Assembly (NCBI GenBank): GCA_013265495.1
Contig: MU057951.1
Coordinates: 31,118-95,117, forward strand
DNA: 64,000 nucleotides
Reading direction: 5' to 3'
Source of the DNA: Vicugna vicugna
Taxonomy: Eukaryota
Every line of letters starts with the position of its first letter. The stretch's first letter is position 1. Below, piece after piece: positions 1-10,289 of this stretch. The notes beneath the pieces were generated by a model. It was not told the DNA's origin. It was given only the letters and a program-made list of their open reading frames with translations, and made no database searches. Made by a program: the position numbers and the translations under genes.

Positions 1-106
1 CGCGCTCCGCCCTGGTCGCGCTCCGCCCTGGTCGCGCTCCGCCCTGGTCGCGCTCCGCCCTGGTCGCGCTCCGCCCTGGTCGCGCTCCGCCCTGGTCGCG
101 CTCCGC
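1..106. repeat. Perfect 16-bp tandem repeat (cgcgctccgccctggt), at least 6.6 copies, inside the L1 5' UTR
   Basis: Read directly; truncated by the window start. Confidence 0.95.
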
Positions 107-450
107 GTTTGGGCTTGGGGAAGACTGAGGGGCAGCCTTGTCCCTGCTCCGAACCAAGACCCAGCTGCCTGTTTGTCTTTGTGGAGCAAGTTCTCTGGGG
201 GACCAGAATGGAAGGATCCTATCTGCCCAGGGCTGTAGGCCCGTCTCAGTCTGGCCCTTGAGGCTGCTAAGCCCTTCGGTGAGGACGCAGGTTTCGTCTC
301 TGCCCCCGCCTGGGTGTTAAGCGCCTGGGAATATGGCGGCTCTGCCTGGGCCCCGCCCCTCTTCCCCTGAAAAGTTTCCGTGGGTTTTCAGAGATGGGGG
401 TATGCACCCTTCCCCCGAGAGCACATCAACCTTGCTGTTTTATGGAGGAC

Positions 451-520
451 NNNNNNNNNNNNNNNNNNNNNNNNNNNNNNNNNNNNNNNNNNNNNNNNNN
501 NNNNNNNNNNNNNNNNNNNN
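451..520. other. Assembly gap (70 N)
   Basis: Run of n. Confidence 1.
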
Positions 521-733
521 CCGTCCCGCGCTGCTTTGCCTTTTGTTCTTTCTTTTTTCCTTTTCTCCTACCAGATTTTTGGCGTCTTTATCTTTTGAAG
601 AGGGCGATGATCTGTTGGAGTTCCGCAGGTGCTCTGGTTGGCTGAGTGGGTCTGTAGATGTGGGTCTTGGTGTATTTGTGGGAGAGGGTGACTTACAAGC
701 GTCCTTCTACTCCGCCATCTTGCCCGGAAGTCT

Positions 734-3700
734 CTTTTTTATCATTTTTAAGTGTTTAATTTTATCGTACATCTATTCTGCATCTATTGAGATGATCATG
801 TGTCTTTTGTCCTTTCTCATGTTGATGTGGTGTATCACATTGATTGATTTGTGTAGGTTGAACCATCCCTATGTTCCTGTGATGAACCCCACTTGATCAT
901 GGTATATGTGCATTTTCATATGCTGTTGGATTCTGTCTGCAAATATTTTGTTGAGGATTTTTACATCCATGTTCATCAGTGATATTGTCCTATAATTTTC
1001 TTTTTTGGTAGTGTCTTTGTCTGGTTTTGCTATCAGGGTGATGGTGGCTTCATAGGATGACTTTAAGAGTACTCTCTTATTCTCAATCTTCTTGAAGAAT
1101 TTGAAAAGTAATGGTATGGGTTCTTCTTTGTATGTTTGGTAGAATTCCCCAGTGAAGCCATCCAATCCTGGATTTTGTTTGTAGGGAGGTTTTTTATTCC
1201 TAATTCTATTTCATTTTTGGAATCAGTTTGTTCAAGTGGTCAGTTTCTTCTTGATTCAGTCTTTGTGGACTGTTTCCAGAAATTTGTCCATTTCTTCTAG
1301 GTTATCCATTTTGTTTCCATATAGTTCTTCATAGTACTCTTGTATGATATCTGTATTTCTCTGGTATTTGTTGCAATTTGTCCATTTTCATTTTTCATTT
1401 TATTTGTGCTCTCTCTTTTCTTGGTGAGCCTGGCCAAAGGGTTGCCAATTTTGTTTACTCTTTCAAAAAAATAAACTCTTGGTTTGATTGATTTTTCTGT
1501 TGTTTTTTTTTAAATTTCTATTTTATTTATTTCCTCCCTGATCCTAATTGTTTCCTTCTTTCTGCTGAATTTTGATTTTATTTGCTCTTCTTTTTCTAAT
1601 TCTTTTAGCTGATAGGTTAGATTGTTTATTTCAGGTTGTTCTTCTTTTTTGAGGAAGGCATGTATTGCTATAAATTTCCATCTTAGGACTTCCTTTGCTG
1701 CATCCCATAGATTCTTTGTGGTTGTGTATTCATTGTCATTTGCCTCAAAGTGTTTTTAATTTCTTATTTTATTTCTTCATTGACCCATTGTTTTTTTAGT
1801 AACATGTTGTTTAATCTCCATGCTGTCATTTTTCCTCCTTTGTTTTTCTGTAGTTGATTTCTAGTTTCATGGCATTGTGTTCAGAAGATATGCTTGAAAT
1901 AATTTCTATCTTCTTAAATTTCTTGAGGCCTCTTGTGCCCAAGTACATGATATATTCTGGAAAATATTTCATTTACATTTGAAAAGAAATTATATTCTAT
2001 TTTGGGGGCTGAAATGGTCTGAAAATTTCAACCGAGTATAATTGTTCTATTATATCATTTAATTTCTCTGTTGCCTTATTACTTTTCTGTCTAGAAGGTA
2101 TGCCTAGTGATGTTAGTGGGGTGTTAAATTCTCCTACTGTGATTGTATTCCCATCAATTTCTCCCTTTATATCTGTTAGTATTTGCTTTCTGTATTTAGG
2201 CATGCTTATATTGGGTTCATATATTTTAATGATTGTAATATCCTCTTCTTGTATTGCTTCTTTAATCAGTATATAATGCCCTTATTTGTCTTTATAGCCT
2301 TTGTTTTGAAGTCTGTTATTTCTGAAATCAGTGTTGCTACTCCTTATTTCTTGTCATTTCCATTTGTGTAGAATATCTTTTTCCATCCTCTCATGCTCAA
2401 TCTATGCATGTCCTTCTCACTAAAGTGGATCTCTTGTATGCAGCATATTGAAGGTTCTTGTTTTATTATCAAATGCCACATTATGTCTTTTAATTAGAAT
2501 ATTTAGTCCATTGACATTACAGTAATTTTTGATAGATGTGTGTTTATTGCCATTTTGAACTTAGTTTTGCACCTAATTTGGTATTTCCTCTTTGTTTCTT
2601 TATTTTTCTTTTTGTGGTATGATAATTTTCCTTTGTAATGTCTTGGTTTCTTTTTAGTTTTTGTGACTCTACTGTAAGCTTTTGGCTTGTGGTTACCATG
2701 TTTTTACATATATTAACCCTTTAGTATAACTGTTTGTTTTAAACTGATAGTGATATAAGCACAAACCAATCCTACAGAGGAGAAAAAAAAAGAAAGATAA
2801 AAGAAAAATAATCTATATTTTCTTGCTCCCCTCTCCCACCCTTAATGATTTTGATATCCTCTTTTACAAATTCATATTTATTTTGTTATAAATCATTATA
2901 GCTATTGCCTTTACAATTATGATTTTTTCCTTTCTGTAGTATCTTTCTTCTTTTCTATTTAGAGTAGACCTTTCGATATTGCCTTTTGTATAGTTTTAGC
3001 GTTCCCAAATTCTTGTAGTTTTTGCTTGTCTTTGAAGTTCTTTAGCTCTCTTTCTTTTCTAAAGGATAGCCTTACTGGATAAATTATCCTAGGTTTCATC
3101 TTTTTCTCATTCAGGACTTTGTATATATCTTACCACTCCCTTCTGGCCTGCAGTGTTTGGGTAGAGAAAACAGCTGAAAAACTTATGGGGGTTCCCTTAT
3201 AATTAGCTCTTTGTTTTTCTCTTGCTGTCTTTAGAAATATTTCTTTATCTTAACCTTGGCCATCTTGATTATAATATGTGTTGGTGTGTGTCTGTTTGGT
3301 TTCTTATTTCTTGGGTCCCTCTGTGCTTCCTGTACTTGGATATCTGATTCCTTCTTTTGGTTTGGGAAGTTTTCAGTCATGATTTCTTCAAATACCTTTT
3401 CAATTCCCTTTGCCCTTTCTTCTCCTCTGGCACCCCTATTATGCATAGATTGGCACACTTTATATTATCTGATAAGTCTGTTATATTGTTTTCATTTGTT
3501 TTTATCTCTGCTGTTCTGATTGTGTGACTTCTGCTGTCCTGTCTTCTAAGTCACTTATTTGTTCCTCTGCATTATCTAGCCTACTTTTTACATCCTTTAG
3601 CTCCCGTCTTATCTCAGCCAATGAATGTTCCATTTTTGTTTGGCTCCTCTTTATAGTTCCAATTTCCTTTTTGATGTATTCTCTGTCTCTTTTCAGAATC

Positions 3701-5454
3701 TCTTTTAGTTCCTTCAGTACTTTGATTACTCCTTTTTTGAAATCGTGATCTAGTAGACTATCAAGGTCTATTTTATTGATCCTTCTCTCAGGGGATTTCT
3801 CTTGTTCTTTTATTTGGTAGTGGTTCCTGTGCTTCTTCATTTTACTTATATCTCTCTGGCACTATGTGTATGTATATGGAGTATAAGTTATCTACTGTCA
3901 TCATGAAGTCATTTATTTATTTTTTATTTAAAGTGGATGCAGAAATAAAACTAAAGGAAAAAAGAAAAAAGTTTGAAGAAAAAAATGAAAATGTAATATA
4001 ATCAATAACAGAAAAACAAAACAAAGAGTGATAAAAATTAAATTGAGACAAATTTTAAAAAAACTTAAAAGAAAATAAAATTATAAAAGGGATTAAAAAA
4101 GAAAAAGAATAAAAACTTTAAAATTAAAAATTAAAAAGGAAAAAAAAAGGAGATATATTCCTGTATATACTGTGCACTCTTAAAAATTTTGTCTTGAGTT
4201 CCTTTTTAAGTATAGGTGGTTGCCAAGTCTTCCTTCCATGCCTTTTGGCTGTTATCCTTTTGGTTGGCAGTTTGGCCAGTGTTGTGGTGGCCAGAGCCTG
4301 CTTTGGCTATTGAGAACTGCCTTCTTTTTGTTCTGTGGTTTTCAGTGCTCCTGCCCTCACCCTGCTGCATGAACTCCAGTTGCTTTTTCCAGTGGCCCTC
4401 AGGTCATGCCCCCTTGCTATGCCACCTCCCAGCACAGTGCTCATGCATAGTAGGCGGGTGGGTTGCTCCCCTGTTCATTGCCACTCCCTGTGCAGCATCA
4501 GGTTTGTGTTCATTAGGGCTACTTGCAGAAATTGCCTGCACCAGCCCTCACTCCTGCTGTGTAACATAAGTCCACTCCTTGTTCATTTGTCATAGAAACA
4601 TGAGTTCACAGTGGCACCCAGGCAGAATGGTCCCCTCTGCCTTGGGCTGCAAATAAATCTCAGTCCCACCTATGAGGTTGTGGTTCTCCTAAGTATGGAT
4701 TCAGGTTTCTACCCCACCTCCACCTGGGAGCCTCGCAGCACAAGAAATAATATTTTGCCTGTGGCTTAGCCCACCTCTCTTCTCCTGAGAATACATCAAT
4801 AATGGTGCTGTGGGTCTTTGGAGACAAAGATTACAATGCCTCTCCCCCCAGGGCATACCAGCAGTGTTGGTTTGCTTTTTTTTTTTTTTTTTTTTTTTTT
4901 TTGTATTTTTATGGTAGATCCAGGCTGTTCTGTTCTGTATACCATCCAAGCCACAGCACACAGCACACTGCAGTTCCCTGAGGTTACCTCTGTACAGTCA
5001 GCCCCAGTCTTCTGCCTGGCTCAGGCAGCTTATCTTGTCCCATCCCTGATGGTTTGTGTCTAGGGCTGGGGGTCACAGGGAAACTTTGTTCCCATTTAAC
5101 TGAGTTCTGTTGGTCAAAGGTTATTCTGTATAGATCCAGGCCTCAGAGGTTCCCCCTCTGTCCCACTGACCTCTGCATTGGAGAGGGAGGGACCCAGTGT
5201 ATGAACACTAATCCTCCTTTGCCACTCACTCCCTGCATGACTGGCCCTGCATTAATTTCCTTTTTCTTCTTTCTTTTTACCTTTTCTCCTACCAGATTTG
5301 TGGTGAATTTTGCCTTTTGAAGAAGGTGATGGTCTTTCAAAGTCCAGCAAGTGTTCTGAGTGAATGGGCGGGTCCGTGGATGTCACTCTTGTTGTATTTT
5401 TGGGAGAAGGTGAGCTACGAGCATCCTTCTACTCTGCCATCTTGGCCACCTCCC
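734..5454 (-). mobile_element. LINE-1, 5' half (5' UTR, ORF1, endonuclease and N-terminal RT of ORF2), degenerate
   Basis: ORF2 fragments 869-1165 ([10 protein letters not shown]...HDQVGFI) and 1997-2203 (GEFNTPL). ORF1 fragments 3231-3458 and 3502-3840. The 5' end carries a YY1 motif (gccatcttg) at about 5436-5444. Confidence 0.93.
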
Positions 5455-5573
5455 AATATGACCTGATTTTAAACTAATTAATTACACCTGCAAAGATCTT
5501 ATTCCCAAATAAGTTCACATTCTGAAGTACCATTTGGACATGTATTTCTGGAAGATACCATTCAATCCACTAT
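5455..5573 (-). mobile_element. MaLR (MLT1-type) LTR fragment
   Basis: attacacctgcaaagatcttattcccaaataagttcacattctgaag...cattcaatccactata resembles the MLT1 terminus. Confidence 0.7.
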
Positions 5574-5874
5574 AAGTGGTGAGCAAAAATGGAGACAGTG
5601 AGGCTATCTCAATTCACTTATAGACCAGGGCTTTTGGCGTCATAATTAAACAAGATTCTAGAATAAAATAGAAGAATGGTTTGTGAACACTCAGGAAAAG
5701 ATAATGTTGATCACCAAGATTCAGCAAGAACCAGCCATAAGATCCTGCCCCATTTCCTTTATTGAGGAGGCATTAGCATTATGTGAGAGAAGGCTATAGG
5801 GCCTTCATCTGACAGGAAGCCCAGTAGGAAACATCAGAGGAATGTGGCAGCCCTCAGAGATAATAGTGGCTGAG

Positions 5875-6055
5875 CCTACATCAAGAGAAAATTGCATCCC
5901 AAACAGAATAGTCATCACTCTTCTTCTGAGAAGTGATGACTCTTCTCCTATTCTTCACTTAGCAGACCACACTCAGAGCACTATATCGGCTCTGGTGAGT
6001 AGGGCTCTTAATAGGAACAAAGACAGCTTATGATTTGCTTAGGAAGGAGAAGACT
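5875..6055 (+). mobile_element. Probable CR1/L3 LINE fragment (ancient)
   Basis: cagaccacactcagagcactatatcggctctgg...aggaacaaagacagc resembles the L3/CR1 ORF2 3' region (RPHLEYCVQFW-type). Confidence 0.4.
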
Positions 6056-6204
6056 CTGAATAAGGACTGCTAAATTTACATCCCTATAGACTTCTAAAAT
6101 TAAGGTGTAAAAGTTTAGCTCTATCCTTGAGTGTCACACAGTGAATTTACTGGTGACCCAACCCAGTGATAAAAAAATAAATGAACCATTTATAACTCTG
6201 AACA

Positions 6205-6265
6205 AATATATATGTATGTGTGTGTCTACATACATATATAGACACACACACACACACACACACAC
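6205..6265. repeat. (TA)/(TG)/(CA)n microsatellite
   Basis: Read directly; pure CA run at about 6242-6265. Confidence 0.9.
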
Positions 6266-6386
6266 TTGTTTGTAGAGTTCACAGTCCCTCATATCTCATG
6301 ATGCCTCCATTCTCAACCTAATATTGTATGATCAGCAAAGTCTTCATCACACAAAGTTGTCCACCCATTTTTGCACTATCAGGAAT

Positions 6387-6852
6387 TGTAAAGGGTCTGC
6401 AATTTTATTCTACTTACAAGCTAATAAACTGCCTTGTTTGATGCCAGAGAAGACTTGAAACTCCTGGGTCAGAGACATAGGGCTTCATTACTCCTGTATG
6501 GAGTAAAGCAGTAGTCAGAGTTCATATTCCTCTGTGTTGACTCCCCATGTCCACCAAGTCCCATAAGTGGTGGGGAAGAAGGCAAAGAGCCCATGATAGA
6601 TACCTGCATATGCAGTGGACTGTGAAGAAAAAGGACAATAAACTTAGAGAGTTCAGCAGTTTTACAGCAAGCAGAGCATGCCTACTTTTTGTCTGGAGGG
6701 TGAGATGTTACCTCATCACTCAGGTTGTTTGTTGAAATCATATCCCTGAGAAGTTGCTTGGGTGAAAAGCAGTCAGGGTTTTTTATTCTTGGCATTCCTA
6801 ACAAGAATGTACAAGGACACTCAGGCCTCATGATGGATTGCCTCTCCCAAAA
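6387..6852 (-). mobile_element. Ancient solo LTR, ERVL class (LTR40-like)
   Basis: tgtaaagggtctgcaattttattctacttacaagctaa...ctcctgggtcagagac...ttattactc-like...cctctcccaa resembles the reverse complement of LTR40-type LTRs. About 465 bp. Confidence 0.6.
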
Positions 6853-6899
6853 TATAGTTAGACTCTCTAGATAAAAATATATTATATTTATTTCTCTTA

Positions 6900-9000
6900 A
6901 AGAAAACTTAAGTTGGAGTTATGGGAAGAAGATCTACCAATAAGAATTACAAGAATATTTTGAGGCAGGTAGAAAACCATCCAACACCTGGACACATCAA
7001 ACAAAAGAACCAAGAACCTGAAGAAGATGACAAATAACTTACAAAATCAGCAGGAAAAATGGGTGCAATGAGCTATCTGTCCTAGAGGGAGAAAAATTCA
7101 GCAGTGTCTGTGAGGTAGTTGAGTTCCTTCCTCCACCTAGGCTGATGATCAAAAAGGGGCTATTTTAGGTAATGAGTCTCTTCAACCTATTGCTGAACAT
7201 TTGAATCTAGGAAAACGGTTGTCACAATTACTAGTCAATGCCAACAAATTCAGAATGAATGCCAATAGTTAGGCATGTGCTATACATTTTCCTAAGTAAA
7301 ATTAAGCACAGTTTATAAATTATCTCAAGGTTTCGTTTAGCTTATTTAATGTGGGAATCGCTCTCTTGTCTTCCTATGCATTGACATGATGACAAAGACA
7401 GCACAACATTCACAATAGGAATTTTAGATAGCAGTATTTATGTGTTTAATCTTTGGATTTCTCTCTTTAGGGAAAGTATGATCTCTTGGAGACACTTGGA
7501 TTATGCCATCCTCTAAACAGCCCCAGAAATTGAAAATCCAATTATTCTAGTGAGAACTGATTTAAAAGAGGAATTTTGCTTTAGAAGTGAATAGGGGTTG
7601 GAAAAGTGGGTTTTGGAAGTGTGAAATAGGTTTATTGATAAAATGTGTTTACAAATCCTCAACAATTAATTCTACTTTGAATCCAGTGATATCATCAGAC
7701 CCCAGCAAAGATAATTTTCCATGTGCTATCATTGACTTTAGTAAATTTTAAACCAAGATTTCAAACCAAGAATCTTTGAATTTTGAGAATTAATGGTAGA
7801 TTTTGAATTAAGACAGTAAATCTGCTTTTTTTTCCAGGATAGATGGCCATAGAAGATATCTTCCAGCCTTACAATTCCAACACTTTTAGTGACTTTTCTT
7901 GCGATTTCGAATAGAAACTCCAATTTCCAAACCTTGTTCTATATTATTGTGAACCTATTCTATAATGGAAGGGGTTCACTTGAAGAGTATATATGAGTAC
8001 TTAATTTCCATTTACTTTCCAACACTGCTCTGAATCTTTTTAAGCAGCAAAATACCAACTTTCTGAAACTTGATGTCAAGAGACAAGTTTAATGGACAGT
8101 TATAAAGTCTAGATAGTTTTATGTTAACTTGGGCTCAGTTAAGAAGTCAGGGCTACCTGTCTTAAAGACCTTACTCCTCCTCATCCTCCTTTCACTTATG
8201 CACAAGTTTGATATTTCATCAACTTTGATATCATGGACTTCAGTGCATATTTGAATTTTTCATATATAACTCCAGAGAATTAACAACTTAAAATAATTTT
8301 TTTCATGTGAAAAACATTTTTGGAAGTCCAATGCTCATATCTTTTCTTAATTTCAGGTGTACACTCACTTCTCTTTTATTAATTATTTTTTCAGTGATCC
8401 TCAGTACTTGAAGATCAGCTAGAAGCTTTTCACCACCATGCTCTTGTCCTTGTGCCTCAGCCTAGTGAAAGTTTCTGTGGTATTCTCTTGTGGTCAGGAC
8501 AGGACAATAGCTTCAGAGACATTAGTATGTCTGTTTATCACAGACCCTCATATGCCTGTTTCCTTATCACAGATTTTGGAACTTCTGCTTTTAACTTTCT
8601 AAGGGTCTTGATGTAATTCCTAATAATCTGTTGCCACATAAACCTCCAAAACTGCAAATGCTTCTAATTCTGTTACCTAATTTAATGTCATCAAACCTAA
8701 ACATCCCATCCAAAACACTTTTCCCCTCCTGTCATAAATCCATGCTTCTCTTGCTTACATTTTAGCTCTAAACACAAAAGGTTAGTTCAATAAAATACTT
8801 TGCTACTAGAGCATCCAAAGAATTCCTCAATTTTATCAGATATCTCAACTGAGTACTTTCTTAAAAATGCCAGCTGAATACATTTTGTGAGTCTTCATCT
8901 ATATGAATCTTATAACCAATTAAATATGGCCAGGAATTTAGCCATAAAATTTTATGTGAAATATTATCTATCTCATGATGTTGTTAAATGTACACCTATG
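6900..9000 (-). pseudogene. Heavily decayed Toll-like-receptor-like (LRR, LRR-CT, TM, TIR) pseudogene, apparently intronless
   Basis: Minus-strand translation across frameshifts gives colinear LRR-like segments: NISHKILWLN (about 8965), AIFNWL, AGIFKK/LRYL..RNSL (about 8848), LMTLN/GNRIRSICSFGGLCGNRLLGI (8695-8615), VIRKQAYEGL, LADLQVLRIT, HNNIEQ, SLKVLEL*GWKISSM (7892), SKFKDSWFE (7787) and FQNPLFQPL (7618). These are followed by LRR-CT-like NSYCEC (7423), hydrophobic LAFILNLLAL (7265), and TIR-like ADFVSY (7051), TCL (6970) and IGRSSSHN (about 6940). Confidence 0.6.
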
Positions 9001-9010
9001 TGACAACTAG

Positions 9011-9830
9011 CATTCATTCATTCATTTGTTCATTTATTGAAAAATACTTATTGGGGACTTCATAAGTTATAGGAAAAGTGCTATGGAAATACACAGGTAA
9101 ATAAAATTGATGCAGACCCTGATGTCATGGAACATAAAGTGTGGTTGAGGTGATAAGCTATAACTGGATTGTCACAGAAAGAATCCTATAATTACAGATT
9201 ATAATACTCACTCTTAAATAAATAATTCAGGTTGGTACAAGTATGTACAAAAGGAGAACATCAGCATGCCATGGGGAGGATTGAGGGAAAGACAGTTGGC
9301 AAAAGCTACTGATGTAATGACATTTGAGTGGGTATCTGAAAGATTTTGGTCTTTGTTCAAACACAGTGTTTCCAGATATGTTTGGAGGTAGGTGCAACTA
9401 CTGAAAATCTGATGGAAGCTATGGCCCTCTTCCCAGAAAATGTATGCAGACACAAACACAGGAAACACACATACAATTTTGAGACGTTCATGGACCCTCT
9501 GAAGCCCTTCCTTGAACCTTATGTCCAAAGCAATTCCAGTACTGATAGTAAAAGGACGTCCCTGAAAATTTTTGAAAAGAGACACGACATATTTATTTGT
9601 ATAAAAAATCCCACCAAATGTAAGACTATGAGTTACGAGTCTGGATGCTTGGGCAAGATTGTTACAAGTGGAGATCAAGAGAAGGGGTTGTATTTCAGAC
9701 AATCTGGTAGTTAGAATGGGTAAGAATTGGACAATTAGTTATGGCAAATGAGGAAGAAAAGAATAAGCATTAATGATGGCTCCCTAGGTTTCTGGTCTGG
9801 GTAACAGGTGAACAGGGATGTCATCCACTC
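9011..9830 (-). mobile_element. L2 LINE 3' fragment
   Basis: Starts cattcattcattcatttgttcatttattgaaaaatacttattg (typical L2 3' end), with L2-like sequence through ctaggtttctggtctgggtaacaggtg. Confidence 0.75.
9362..9525. mobile_element. hAT-Charlie-type MITE fragment inserted in the L2
   Basis: gaaaatctgatggaagctatggccctcttcccagaaaatg...ttcatggaccctctgaagccc resembles small MER-type hAT elements. Confidence 0.5.
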
Positions 9831-9844
9831 AAATACACATCACT

Positions 9845-10280
9845 TATGTTTTCAAAGTTTAGCTGTTCTAATGTATGTGTAGTTTTATATCATTTTATTT
9901 TAATTTCCATTCCCGTAATGACAAATGACGTTGATCATCTTTTCATATGTATGTTTACCATCTCTGTATCTTCTTTGTTGAAGTGCTTACTCAGATCTTT
10001 TCCTATTTTTCTTTAAAAAAAATTTTAATGGAGGTACTGGGGATTGAATCCAGGACATCATGCATGCTAAGCATGTGCTCTACCATTGAGCTATTTCTCA
10101 TTCCCCCATTTTTAAATCAGAATACTTGTTGTTTTATTGTTGAGTTTTAATAGTTTTGCATATTGTTGATTTATGTTGTCTTTTATCAGATGTATTCAAA
10201 TTTTTTCTCTCAGTACTTTGTCTTTTCATTCATTTAACAATATTTTTCATTAAGTACAAAGGGTTTCTTTTTTAATTTGA
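9845..10280 (-). mobile_element. Old L1 ORF2 3' fragment
   Basis: aatgacgttgatcatcttttcatatgtatgtttaccatctctgtatcttctttg is L1 ORF2 antisense. Confidence 0.75.
10023..10108 (-). mobile_element. tRNA-derived SINE (camelid vic-1-like)
   Basis: The reverse complement reads atagctcaatggtagagcacatgcttagcatgcatgatgtcctggattcaatccccagtacctccattaaaa, with A box, B box and A-rich tail. Confidence 0.85.
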
Positions 10281-10289
10281 TTTAATTTG

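Larger units (their letters stand above)
1..733 (-). mobile_element. 5' UTR (5' end) of a young, CpG-rich LINE-1 inserted into ORF2 of an older L1; the element continues beyond the window start
   Basis: The minus strand begins gagacttccgggCAAGATGGCGgagtagaagga (YY1-site L1 start). It is homologous to the L1 5' ends at 5454 and 29913 but retains CpGs. L1 ORF2 antisense sequence follows immediately at 734. Confidence 0.85.

Noticed and set aside
1..106. CRISPR-like array
   Set aside because: Head-to-tail identical units with no spacers, inside a mammalian L1 5' UTR.
9214..9714. ORFs of 162 aa and 122 aa as genes
   Set aside because: They lie across L2 and MITE sequence with no protein-like motifs.
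10023..10108. Functional tRNA-Ala gene
   Set aside because: Acceptor stem is degenerate, it has an A-rich tail, it sits inside an L1, and a second decayed copy exists, so it is a SINE.
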